NCBI GenBank assembly: GCA_030540195.1
Contig: JAUNWT010000001.1
Coordinates: 28,598-92,597, forward strand
From: Bacillota bacterium
GTDB lineage: Bacteria > Bacillota_I > Bacilli_A > Erysipelotrichales > Coprobacillaceae
Reading direction: 5' to 3'
Length of the DNA: 64,000 bases
Shown here: positions 27,840 to 39,122 of the stretch, piece by piece
Numbering within the stretch: the first letter of the stretch is position 1
How the letters are laid out: every line of letters begins with the position of its first letter
Made by a program: the position numbers and the translations under genes
Notes under the pieces: generated by a model
Databases searched by the model: none
The model's input: the letters and a program-made list of their open reading frames with translations, nothing else
Told to the model about the DNA's origin: nothing

Positions 27840-29150
27840 GTGAAAAGAAAAATATTGAATGATTTAATGAAATGGAAAGAGGCTCCTCATAAAAAGCCAC
27901 TTATAATTAAAGGAGCAAGACAAGTTGGAAAAACTTATATTATCCGTGAATTTGCTCAAGAAGCTTATGAGGATTTAGTAGAAATAAATTTTGAAAGAGA
28001 TCTTGAATTTATTGATTTATTTAAAAAGACACATAATCCTAAAGATATCTTACAATATTTAGAAGTTGCTTTTATGGATAAAACATTTGACCGAAATACC
28101 CTCTTTTTTATGAATGAAATACAAGCATGCAGTGATGCTTGGACTTCATTAAAGTTTTTGGCAGAAAGTTTTCCTTGTGATATTATTTGTTCAGGAAGTA
28201 TGTTGGGTGTCGCTATCGCAAATTCGACTTCTTTTCCTGTTGGTTATATTGAAACATGGCAAATGTACCCTTTATCTTTTATGGAATTTATTGAGGCTTT
28301 GGGAATGAAAGAAAATGTTATTCAAAGTTTAAGTGATTGTCTTTTAAATAATCTTCCTGTCATGGAAGTGCTTCATAATAAGATGAATGATTTATTTAAA
28401 GAATACATGGTTGTTGGAGGAATGCCGGAAGTTGTAAATAAATATATTGAAACAAAATCTTTTAAAGAAACACTATTAGTGCAAAGAAGAATTATTAGTG
28501 ATTACTTAAATGATATGGTTAAGTATGCAGATGGTAGTGAAAGAATTAAAGTAAGAGAATGTTATCAATCTATTCCTTTGCAACTTGCTAAAGAAAATAA
28601 AAAATTCCAATATAAACTTGTAAAATCTGGCGGAAATGCACGTTATTTTGATGCTAGTTTAAATTGGCTAAAAGATAGTGGTTTGGTTAATTTAACTTAT
28701 CGTTTAAAGACGATTGATAAACCACTTGAAATTCATAAGGAATCTGCAGTATTTAAAGTTTATATGGCTGATACTGGATTGTTAGTTTCTCAATTTGATG
28801 AAAGTGTTATTAAAGAATTGTTAAATGGTAATTTAGGTGTTTTTAAAGGAGCTTTGTATGAAAATATAGCAGCTCAAATTTTGAGTATGCACGAAAGAGA
28901 ACTTTATTACTTTGAACCAAATACAAGCTCAGAAATAGATTTTATTATTTATTATAAAGGTGAAATATGTCCCCTTGAAATTAAAGCAGGACGAAATACG
29001 GTTTCTAAATCATTCACAAATTTTGTGGATAAATACAATTCCCAATATGCTTTTCGATTATCACAAAAAAATATAGGGACAAACAAAGAAAATGTAAGTT
29101 ATGTTCCTTTATATATGTTAGAAATGTTATTAGATCAAGAAAAAATATGA
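27840..29150 (+). CDS. AAA+ ATPase with C-terminal DUF4143 / PD-(D/E)XK-like domain
   Basis: ORF track 27831..29150. GTG 27840 preferred (9 nt after AAGGAAG). Walker A GARQVGKT, Walker B-like LFFMNEIQ. C-terminal EIDFIIYYKGEICPLEIKAG fits D...ExK. Confidence 0.75.
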   Translation: MKRKILNDLMKWKEAPHKKPLIIKGARQVGKTYIIREFAQEAYEDLVEINFERDLEFIDLFKKTHNPKDILQYLEVAFMDKTFDRNTLFFMNEIQACSDAWTSLKFLAESFPCDIICSGSMLGVAIANSTSFPVGYIETWQMYPLSFMEFIEALGMKENVIQSLSDCLLNNLPVMEVLHNKMNDLFKEYMVVGGMPEVVNKYIETKSFKETLLVQRRIISDYLNDMVKYADGSERIKVRECYQSIPLQLAKENKKFQYKLVKSGGNARYFDASLNWLKDSGLVNLTYRLKTIDKPLEIHKESAVFKVYMADTGLLVSQFDESVIKELLNGNLGVFKGALYENIAAQILSMHERELYYFEPNTSSEIDFIIYYKGEICPLEIKAGRNTVSKSFTNFVDKYNSQYAFRLSQKNIGTNKENVSYVPLYMLEMLLDQEKI

Positions 29151-29166
29151 GTTAAGAGGTGAAAAA

Positions 29167-29931
29167 ATGCTTCAACAAGAAAGACATGAACAAATATTGG
29201 CAAGATTAAATACAGAAGGAAAAGTAAAAGTAAAAGAATTGGCGAATGATTTTGAAGTCACAGAAGATTGTATTCGTAAAGATTTAACGGCTTTAGAAAA
29301 AGAAGGTCTTTTAAAACGAATTCATGGGGGAGCCATGCAAATAAGAAAGAATCTCCATGCCTATCACGTTGATGAACGTATGAGTGTACGTTTATCACAA
29401 AAGAAGATCATTGCGAAAAAAGCAGTTGAATTGATTGAAGAAAATACAGTGATTTTTCTAGGAATTTCCACAGTGAATTTAGAACTTGCAAAGTGTATTT
29501 ATCAAAAAAATATAGCTCTTACCATTGTCACAAATATGATTGATATTATGCAATTATTTAGACAAGGAGAACATAAAGTGAATCTTATTTTTATTGGGGG
29601 TCATTTTAACCGAGCTAAAGATGGTTTTATAGGAGCTCTTGCGATTGAACAAATTCATAATTATCGTTTTGATCTTTCTTTTATTGGAACAGTGGGTATA
29701 AATGTTCATGAAGGGAAAGTTACAACATATGATGTTGAAGATGGTCTTACAAAAAAAGAAGTCATGGATGCAAGTAAAAAATGTTATCTTGTGGCAGAGA
29801 GTGAAAAATTTAATTTAGATGGAAATTATGTTTTTGGACATTTAAGTGAATTTACTGGATATATTGGTGAACAAGAGATAACGGGTCATTTTAAAGATAA
29901 GATAGTAGAATACGGATTAGAAATCATTTAA
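29167..29931 (+). CDS. DeoR/GlpR family transcriptional regulator
   Basis: 254 aa. N-terminal DeoR HTH (RHEQILARLNTEGKVKVKELANDFEVTEDCIRKDL) and C-terminal sugar-phosphate-binding DeoR_C domain. Confidence 0.9.
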   Translation: MLQQERHEQILARLNTEGKVKVKELANDFEVTEDCIRKDLTALEKEGLLKRIHGGAMQIRKNLHAYHVDERMSVRLSQKKIIAKKAVELIEENTVIFLGISTVNLELAKCIYQKNIALTIVTNMIDIMQLFRQGEHKVNLIFIGGHFNRAKDGFIGALAIEQIHNYRFDLSFIGTVGINVHEGKVTTYDVEDGLTKKEVMDASKKCYLVAESEKFNLDGNYVFGHLSEFTGYIGEQEITGHFKDKIVEYGLEII

Positions 29932-29946
29932 TGATTTCTTTTTTTT
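29920..29946 (+). terminator. Rho-independent terminator after deoR-family gene
   Basis: GAAATCAT-TTA-ATGATTTC hairpin followed by T8. It overlaps the stop codon. Confidence 0.65.
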
Positions 29947-29951
29947 GTAAA

Positions 29952-29997
29952 AAGTAATAAAACAATTATTGATTATTATTGTTTTATTACTTATAAT
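29952..29997 (+). promoter_or_regulatory. 15-bp perfect inverted repeat overlapping the -10 of the GRE operon promoter (candidate DeoR operator)
   Basis: AAGTAATAAAACAAT (29952-29966), 11 nt, ATTGTTTTATTACTT (29978-29992). TATAAT at 29992-29997. Confidence 0.55.
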
Positions 29998-30036
29998 AAC
30001 CTTGCAATAAGAAAAAACAATAAAAGGAGGCGCGTT

Positions 30037-32370
30037 ATGAATTGTTTATATCAAACAAAAAGAATTTCTGATTTAAAAGAAAAGATGTTAAGTAGTAAAC
30101 GTTATGCTTCTATTGAACAAGCACGAATCATTACATGTGTTTATCAAGAAAATGAAGATCTATCTATTCCTAAAAAAAGAGCTTTATCTTTAAAAGCAGC
30201 TTTAGAAGAATTAGAGATAGCTGTTGAAGATGAAGAATTGATTGTGGGAAATCGTACCAAAGGTGTACGTTATGGTGTTGTTTTTCCTGAAAGTGGATGT
30301 TCTTGGATCAACCAAGAATTTGAAACATTACCAACAAGACCACAAGATCAGTTTTTAGTAAAAGAAGAAGATATCAAAGAATTTAGAGAAAAGATTTATC
30401 CTTATTGGCAAGGAAAATCTTTAGAAGATGCGATTAAAGGAACTTATGGAAAAGAAATTAATGAAATAAGTAAAGTGGTGAAAATCAATCAAAAGGATCA
30501 TGCCCAAGGTCATATTTGTCCAAACAGTGCTTTATGGTTAAAATTAGGTCCACAAGGATTAATTGAAAAGGCAAAAGAGAAGTTAAAGAATTGTCAAGAA
30601 GATCAAAAAGAATTTTATGAATGTACGATTCTTGTCTTAGAAGGGACGATTCATTTTATGCAAAGATATCATGATTTGATTGTTCAAGAAAATCATGAAG
30701 AACTTCAAGAAGTAGGAAAAATTTGTTTCAATCTTTCTAAAAGACCACCAGAAACATTTCATGAGGCTGTGCAATCTCTTTGGTTTTTATTTGTGATATT
30801 ACATATGGAATCGAATGCTTCTTCTTTTTCACCAGGAAGATTAGATCAATATCTTTATCCTTATTATCAAAGAGATATAGAAAATGGCATTTTAGATCAA
30901 CAAAAAGCCTTAGAAATATTAGAATGCTTATGGTTGAAATTCAATCAAATTGTTTATTTAAGAAATCAAAACAGTGCTAAGTATTTTGCGGGATTTCCAA
31001 TAGGATTTAATATTGCGATAGGAGGCGTTGATGAAAAGGGGAATGATACGTACAATGAACTCTCTTTGCTTTGTTTAAAAGCACAAGAACATTTAGGCTT
31101 ACCACAACCGAATCTTTCTGTGAGACTTAATAAAAATACATCTCATGAATTAATGCAAGCCGCAATCAAAGTTGTTTCACTTGGCAGTGGAATGCCACAA
31201 TTTTTCAATGATGAAGCGATTATTCATTCAATGATTGAAGATTTAGATATTGAAGAAAAAGATGCGCGAAATTATGCCATTGTTGGTTGTGTTGAACTAA
31301 CAACGCATGGAAATAATTTAGGATGGTCTGATGCCGCAATGTTTAACTTTAATAAAGTACTCGAATTAACGCTTAATCATGGAAGATGTTTATTAACGAA
31401 TAAACAAATAGGTCTTGATTTAGGAAGCTTAGAAACTTATGAAACATATCAAGACTTAGAAAAGGCTTTTCAAAAACAAATTGATTATTTTATTGATAAA
31501 ATGATGGATGCTGAAAAAGTAGTTGAAAAAGCACATCAAGATTATTTGCCAACCGCTTTTCTATCAACGGTCATCGATGATTGTTTAGAAAAAGGTTTAG
31601 ATGTTACACGTGGTGGCGCTAAATATAATCTATCAGGAATTCAAATGATTCAAGTAGCTAATCTTGCTGATTCTTTAGCGGCAATTAAAGAACTTGTTTA
31701 TCAAGAAAAAATGATTTCTAAACATGAATTATTAGAAGCTCTTAAGGCAGATTTTAAAGGTTATGAGATTATTCAAACCATGCTTTTAAATAAAGTTCCT
31801 AAATATGGAAATGATGTAGCATGGGTCGATGAACTTGGAAGTAAGTGGACAAGTTATTTTAGAGAAAAAATGAAACATTATACAAATTATCGTGGTGGTC
31901 GTTATCATACTGGAATGTATACCGTCTCAGCTCATGTACCAATGGGCGAAAATGTAGGGGCCTCTCCTGATGGTAGAAATGCTTTAAAACCACTGGCTGA
32001 TGGAGGAATGTCACCTGTTTATGGAAGAGATAAACAAGGACCAACGGCGGTTTTAAAATCTGTTTCAAGATTGAATAATTCATGTACAACCAATGGGGGC
32101 TTGCTTAATATGAAATTCTTACCGGAATTCTTTAAAACAGAAACAGGATGCTTGAAATTTGAAAACTTTTTACGTGCTTTTGTGGATTTGAAAGTACCCC
32201 ATATCCAATTTAACGTAGTAAGAAAAGAAGAATTATTAGACGCTAAAGTCCATCCAGAAAACCATCAATCATTAACGATTCGTGTAGCAGGTTATACGGC
32301 TTATTTTGTAGAATTAGCAGGTAAATTACAAGATGAAATCATTGAAAGAACAACCTATGAAAACATCTAA
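30037..32370 (+). CDS. Glycyl radical enzyme, PFL2/glycerol-dehydratase (eliminase) family
   Basis: 777 aa. C-terminal glycyl radical motif TIRVAGYTAYF (Gly752 at 32290-32292). Cys loop VGCVE with a single Cys418 (31288-31290) and Glu420, not the PFL Cys-Cys pair. SD AAAGGAGG. Confidence 0.9.
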   Translation: MNCLYQTKRISDLKEKMLSSKRYASIEQARIITCVYQENEDLSIPKKRALSLKAALEELEIAVEDEELIVGNRTKGVRYGVVFPESGCSWINQEFETLPTRPQDQFLVKEEDIKEFREKIYPYWQGKSLEDAIKGTYGKEINEISKVVKINQKDHAQGHICPNSALWLKLGPQGLIEKAKEKLKNCQEDQKEFYECTILVLEGTIHFMQRYHDLIVQENHEELQEVGKICFNLSKRPPETFHEAVQSLWFLFVILHMESNASSFSPGRLDQYLYPYYQRDIENGILDQQKALEILECLWLKFNQIVYLRNQNSAKYFAGFPIGFNIAIGGVDEKGNDTYNELSLLCLKAQEHLGLPQPNLSVRLNKNTSHELMQAAIKVVSLGSGMPQFFNDEAIIHSMIEDLDIEEKDARNYAIVGCVELTTHGNNLGWSDAAMFNFNKVLELTLNHGRCLLTNKQIGLDLGSLETYETYQDLEKAFQKQIDYFIDKMMDAEKVVEKAHQDYLPTAFLSTVIDDCLEKGLDVTRGGAKYNLSGIQMIQVANLADSLAAIKELVYQEKMISKHELLEALKADFKGYEIIQTMLLNKVPKYGNDVAWVDELGSKWTSYFREKMKHYTNYRGGRYHTGMYTVSAHVPMGENVGASPDGRNALKPLADGGMSPVYGRDKQGPTAVLKSVSRLNNSCTTNGGLLNMKFLPEFFKTETGCLKFENFLRAFVDLKVPHIQFNVVRKEELLDAKVHPENHQSLTIRVAGYTAYFVELAGKLQDEIIERTTYENI

Positions 32371-33262
32371 AGCACTCGTATTTGATATTAAAAGATTTGC
32401 GGTTCATGATGGTCATGGTTTAAGAACGACTGTTTTCTTTAAAGGATGTCCACTTCGTTGTCGTTGGTGTCAAAATCCAGAGGGTTTAGAGAAGAAAAGG
32501 CAAGTACTTTATTTTAAGACAAAATGTATTCATTGTAGGTGTTGCCAACAATTTAATGAGCATATTGATTATCGTGACCGTCCTTATTTTAAAGAAAATC
32601 AAAATGATTTTGAACAAGTCATCAAAGCGTGTCCTAGTGGTGCGATTCAATATGATAGTAAAGAATATGATCTAGATACTTTACTATCTAAAATAAAAGA
32701 AGATGAAGTCTTTTATAAACATGGCGGTGGTGTGACTTTTTCAGGAGGTGAACCTTTTATGCAAGGGGACTTCCTTGTTAAAATCTTAAAAAGATGTAAA
32801 GAAGAAAAGATACATACAGCTATTGAAACCTCTTTTTATACATCTTTGGAACTCATCAAAAAGGTTTTACCTTATTTAGATTTAATTTATATTGATTTAA
32901 AGCTTTTTGATGAAAAAAAACATCAAAGATATACCGGTGTTTCCTCAAAAATCATTAAAGAAAATATACGCTATGTCTTACAAAGTGAACATAAAAAGAA
33001 AGTGATTATCAGAACACCGCTTATTCCACAAATCACAGCTACCGATGAAAATCTTGAAGCAATTGTTCGTTACTTAGTCGCTTGTAATCCAGAGGTAAAA
33101 TATGAACTATTAAACTATAATCCCTTAGCTTCTTCAAAATATGAACTTGTCGGTAAAGAATATGGGATTGATTTAAATTATAAAATGTTTGATGAAAAAC
33201 AAATGCAACATTTTTATGATGTTGTTCTTCAGGAAAATTTAAAAAATTTAATAAGAGAATAA
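32333..33262 (+). CDS. Glycyl-radical enzyme activating protein (radical SAM)
   Basis: 309 aa. CPLRCRWC (CX3CX2C, 32447-32470) plus an extra ferredoxin-like Cys cluster (CIHCRCC...CPSGA). The start is uncertain: ATG 32333 or ATG 32357, and both overlap the GRE 3' end. Confidence 0.9.
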   Translation: MKSLKEQPMKTSKALVFDIKRFAVHDGHGLRTTVFFKGCPLRCRWCQNPEGLEKKRQVLYFKTKCIHCRCCQQFNEHIDYRDRPYFKENQNDFEQVIKACPSGAIQYDSKEYDLDTLLSKIKEDEVFYKHGGGVTFSGGEPFMQGDFLVKILKRCKEEKIHTAIETSFYTSLELIKKVLPYLDLIYIDLKLFDEKKHQRYTGVSSKIIKENIRYVLQSEHKKKVIIRTPLIPQITATDENLEAIVRYLVACNPEVKYELLNYNPLASSKYELVGKEYGIDLNYKMFDEKQMQHFYDVVLQENLKNLIRE

Positions 33263-33278
33263 AAAGGAGAAAAGAAAA

Positions 33279-33959
33279 ATGGAATTTATAATTGATACAG
33301 TAAACTTAGAAGATATTAAAGAAGCAGTAGAATATATGCCAATCGTAGGAGTAACAAGTAATCCTTCAATTGTGAAAAAAACAAGTCCAAAAGACTTCTT
33401 CAAACATATGAAAGAAGTAAGAAAAATCATTGGGAAAGAAAGAAGTCTTCATATTCAAGTCATCTCAAAAGAATGTGATGAAATCGTTAAAGAAGCGCAT
33501 CGTATTCTAGAAGAAATCGATGATCAAGTCTATATTAAAGTACCGGTATCTTATGAAGGAGTTAAAGCTATTAAAAAACTCAAAGCAGAAGGAGTCAATG
33601 TGACAGCAACAGCTGTTTATGATTTAATGCAAGCCTATATGGCCTTAGCTGCTGGAGCAGACTATATTGCCCCTTATGTCAATAGAATAGGGAATCTAGG
33701 AAATGATCCAATGGAACTGATCAATGAACTATCTAATAGAATCGTCCAAGATGGTTATGATTGTAAGATCCTAGCAGCAAGCTTTAAAGGAGTGCAACAA
33801 GTAAGAGATGCTTTCAATTATGGAAGTCAAGCAATCACAGCACCCGTAGAAGTGTTAAAACAAATCTTTGAAAATCCAAGTATTGAAAAAGCCGTGAATG
33901 ATTTCAATAGTGATTGGTATGAAGTTTATGGAGAAGGTAAAGGAATTTGTGATTTATAA
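33279..33959 (+). CDS. Fructose-6-phosphate aldolase / transaldolase subfamily 3B (FSA/TalC-like)
   Basis: 226 aa. MEFIIDTVNLEDIKE...GVTSNPSI N-terminus, Schiff-base Lys region YIKVPVSYEGVKAIKKL, and AAGADYIAPYVNR. Confidence 0.85.
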   Translation: MEFIIDTVNLEDIKEAVEYMPIVGVTSNPSIVKKTSPKDFFKHMKEVRKIIGKERSLHIQVISKECDEIVKEAHRILEEIDDQVYIKVPVSYEGVKAIKKLKAEGVNVTATAVYDLMQAYMALAAGADYIAPYVNRIGNLGNDPMELINELSNRIVQDGYDCKILAASFKGVQQVRDAFNYGSQAITAPVEVLKQIFENPSIEKAVNDFNSDWYEVYGEGKGICDL

Positions 33960-33965
33960 GAATGA

Positions 33966-34010
33966 TTAACTTGTTTGTCCAATTTGGATAAACAAGTTTT
34001 TTTATGCAAA
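33966..34010 (+). repeat. 45-bp terminator repeat, copy 1 (after aldolase gene)
   Basis: TTAACTTGTTTGTCCAATTTGGATAAACAAGTTTTTTTATGCAAA. Hairpin AACTTGTTTGTCC/GGATAAACAAGTT plus T7. Identical at 43 of 45 positions to 40247-40291. Confidence 0.8.
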
Positions 34011-34035
34011 AAAGAGTCAACATTAAGTCGACTCT
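34007..34035 (-). terminator. Rho-independent terminator of the GH1 gene (minus strand)
   Basis: On the minus strand, AGAGTCGAC-TTAAT-GTTGACTCT (one mismatch) followed by T6. Confidence 0.55.
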
Positions 34036-36296
<2,261 letters not shown>

Positions 36297-36473
36297 AATA
36301 ATTCACCTCATTTATTAGCTTTATTATAACTATCCTTTTTTTGTTCTACAATATATGTTGCCCCTCCTTTATACAAAAGGATGATAGCATGTAAGTTTTA
36401 TAAAAACTATGCCTCTTAATTAAATTGACATAAGATTGCATAGAACCTCTTTTTTTGTGAAATTATGTTTTAT

Positions 36474-36505
36474 AAAAAATTCCTATCGTTTGTTAGATAG
36501 GAATT
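36474..36505 (-). terminator. Hairpin terminator after LytTR gene
   Basis: AATTCCTATC (36478-36487) / GATAGGAATT (36496-36505), a 10-bp stem. There is a short T-run on the minus strand. It overlaps the stop codon. Confidence 0.5.
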
Positions 36506-37125
36506 TAAATACTTTCTTTAAAATTTCTACCAATAGGTAAAATAGTAGAATCTTTTAATATAAGTTCTTTTGATTTTATTTCTTTGATAAAGCTTTTATT
36601 TATGACAAATGATTTATGAATTTGAATAAAATTATTAGAATCTATTTCTTTAATAAACGAAGATAAGTTCTTTCTTTCAATGAAATCGCCATTATCATGA
36701 TGAATAATAATTTTGTGATTCATTGATTCTACATACATAATTTGAGCAAGTCTTAATTCAAAAGACATTTGTTTATTTTTATAATGATAGGTTTTAAATC
36801 TTGAAAATATTTGTTGATGAATGGTTTCTGATTTGGAATGAAGACTATTTTCTAAGTTATCATTTTCGAAATATAGATGCACTCCTAGTGTTAAACATTC
36901 ATTAAGTAAATGAAAATCTTTGGGACCAATAATATAAATCAAAGTTTCTGGATATCTATTGATTTGATGAATTTTATCTAGATTATTAAGCGTATCTATT
37001 TCAATAAAATAGAGATCATCATAAGATGCTGGATTGAATTTTTCTAAATAGTAATCTTTTGATGCAAAATATTTTTTTATTATTTCAAAATAATGTTCTT
37101 GTACATCACAGGCTATACGTATCAT
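36505..37125 (-). CDS. LytTR-domain DNA-binding protein with degenerate (pseudo-receiver-like) N-terminal domain
   Basis: 206 aa. C-terminal LytTR domain (IMYVESMNHKIIIHHDNGDFIERKNLSSFIKEIDSNNFIQIHKSFVINKSFIKEI). The N-terminal 100 aa lacks a clear Asp-pocket/Lys signature. No histidine kinase nearby. Confidence 0.8.
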   Translation of the reverse strand: MIRIACDVQEHYFEIIKKYFASKDYYLEKFNPASYDDLYFIEIDTLNNLDKIHQINRYPETLIYIIGPKDFHLLNECLTLGVHLYFENDNLENSLHSKSETIHQQIFSRFKTYHYKNKQMSFELRLAQIMYVESMNHKIIIHHDNGDFIERKNLSSFIKEIDSNNFIQIHKSFVINKSFIKEIKSKELILKDSTILPIGRNFKESI

Positions 37126-37703
37126 TTTCTATCACCTGCGATCTTTTCTAAATAGTAGGCTAAAGGTTCTTTTTTATCTAATTGATCAAGGATATGATAA
37201 TGGTCTTTAAAGACAATCCCTTTTTCTTTTAAAAATACAATTGCATCTATCACTTCTTTTCTTTTCTTTGTGACGATTGGTTGGAAAGAAAATGTAGAAC
37301 CATCCTTCATAACAACATTAAAAATAACATTATAACCATTAGTTCCATAAAAAAGCATAGGAACTGCTTCATAAGTAACTTGAATATACATGATTTTATT
37401 TAGTTTTATTTTCATTTGATAATCTATATTTCTTGTAAAAAGGCTATGATAAAAAGTTTGAGATTTATCTATTACATGCTCATAAAAAGTATATTTAAGA
37501 TAATATTCATCAACCTCCCAAATATTTTTACAAAATGCCATGCTTGGAAGAAAAATAAAAATAACTAATAAAATAAGAAAAATTCCAAAAATATTCATTG
37601 CTGAAAAGGGACTGAAAAATATTAAAAAAATAGCCCAAGTTATAATTAAAGCTGAATAAATAAAACTTGATTTATAGTTAGGTTTTCCTACTTTGTATTT
37701 CAT
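37122..37703 (-). CDS. Membrane protein, two N-terminal TM helices plus a soluble C-terminal domain (bacterial PH-like by architecture)
   Basis: 193 aa. TM1 FIYSALIITWAIFLIFF, TM2 IFGIFLILLVIFIFLPSMAF. 4-nt ATGA overlap with the LytTR gene. SD AAGGAGGG. Confidence 0.6.
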   Translation of the reverse strand: MKYKVGKPNYKSSFIYSALIITWAIFLIFFSPFSAMNIFGIFLILLVIFIFLPSMAFCKNIWEVDEYYLKYTFYEHVIDKSQTFYHSLFTRNIDYQMKIKLNKIMYIQVTYEAVPMLFYGTNGYNVIFNVVMKDGSTFSFQPIVTKKRKEVIDAIVFLKEKGIVFKDHYHILDQLDKKEPLAYYLEKIAGDRK

Positions 37704-37714
37704 GTTATCCCTCC

Positions 37715-37757
37715 TTTAACTGTATTGTATCATAAGTTTTTCGTTTAACGATGTTGT
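37715..37757. repeat. Imperfect direct repeat in the divergent promoter region
   Basis: TTTAACTGTATTGT (37715-37728) and TTTAACGATGTTGT (37744-37757): 11 of 14 identical, 29 bp start-to-start. Confidence 0.3.
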
Positions 37758-37839
37758 TCACGTCATTTTTAGGTTGTTGGTGCCACTTCTATTGTTAGAA
37801 GTTATTGAAGGTTTATGATGAAGTTAGGAGGTGGAAGAT

Positions 37840-39120
37840 ATGAAGGTTTTTTCACTAGCAACATTAACATTAAAAAGGAATAAAAAACAATATATGATCT
37901 ATGGACTCACACTTATTTTTGCAATTGTCATTCATTTGATCTTTTCAGAATTTATCAATAATCCCTATTTAATAGAAGCAGATAGGGCTAGAGGAATAGA
38001 TGATCCTCTTGGAGCGGATATACCTTTATCAATGAGATTACCATTTTTAATTATTTTATTTTGTTGGTTTATGATTATTTATGCGAGTCAATACTTCTTA
38101 AATCAAAAAAATCAAGAATTTGGTATTTTATTTACTTGTGGTTTTAATTTATTAGATTTTATTAAATATACACTTATTCAAATGGGGATTGTGTTTATTT
38201 TTGTTTTACCAATTTCATTTGTTTTAGGTGTTATCAGTTTATTTTTCATTCATTCAAAGATATATCCTTATCTACAAATCAATCATTCAATTTATACTAT
38301 TATGCCAAGTACCTTTTTTACAACGATTTCTGCTTTATGTGTATTAATTATTATTGTGATTATCTTTTTAGTAGGACAACTTCATAAAAGCGATATTTAT
38401 ACTTTGATCAATGATGAAAATAGGGTACAAGCAATCCACTTTGTAAGTTTTAAAAGAATTATGATATATTTAGTTATTTATTTAATAGGATTTTATTCAA
38501 TTATAATAGTTGAAGGAAATTTAATAAATTACATTCCGCCGACAGCTTTAGGCGTTATAGGAATGTATGGATTATATAAATATTTATTACCACAAATCTT
38601 TTTAAAAAATAAAAAGAATTTAAAAGGAAGACAAATATATATCTGTTTATCACATGTGGGATTGATGATTAAGTCAACTGCTTCTTTAATAGGATTACTT
38701 ACGTTACTGATAACAGTTTTATTACCTGTTTTAGCGTCACAAAATATGAAAAGTAATGAATTTGTGACAGGAATGATCAGTTATTTGTTTATTGTATCAA
38801 TGGTAATTATTTCTATTTTATATAAGATGAATATGGGAAAGAAAACAAAGATGAAAGAGTTCACTATTTTAAATAAAGTAGGTTATGTTTATGGTGATTT
38901 AAAAAGAATGCTTTTACAAGAAAATATACTTTATTTTATTTGTGTTTTAGTTATTCCGTTACCTTATTTAATTTTTGTTTCTAGAAAGTTTATTTTAATG
39001 AATTCAATGATGTTAGCTTTCTATAGTGGACTATTTATCTATTATGTAGTGACATTGTTGATTTGTCTTTTGTTAAATTATCATGTAGGGAAAATACAAT
39101 TATTAAAAGGAGGAAAATAA
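37840..39120 (+). CDS. ABC transporter permease (FtsX-like, about 10 TM)
   Basis: ORF track 37831..39120. ATG 37840 preferred (AGGAGGTG SD 6 nt upstream). Highly hydrophobic polytopic protein directly followed by a MacB/LolD-type ATPase. The family call rests on architecture only. Confidence 0.65.
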   Translation: MKVFSLATLTLKRNKKQYMIYGLTLIFAIVIHLIFSEFINNPYLIEADRARGIDDPLGADIPLSMRLPFLIILFCWFMIIYASQYFLNQKNQEFGILFTCGFNLLDFIKYTLIQMGIVFIFVLPISFVLGVISLFFIHSKIYPYLQINHSIYTIMPSTFFTTISALCVLIIIVIIFLVGQLHKSDIYTLINDENRVQAIHFVSFKRIMIYLVIYLIGFYSIIIVEGNLINYIPPTALGVIGMYGLYKYLLPQIFLKNKKNLKGRQIYICLSHVGLMIKSTASLIGLLTLLITVLLPVLASQNMKSNEFVTGMISYLFIVSMVIISILYKMNMGKKTKMKEFTILNKVGYVYGDLKRMLLQENILYFICVLVIPLPYLIFVSRKFILMNSMMLAFYSGLFIYYVVTLLICLLLNYHVGKIQLLKGGK

Positions 39121-39122
39121 CT

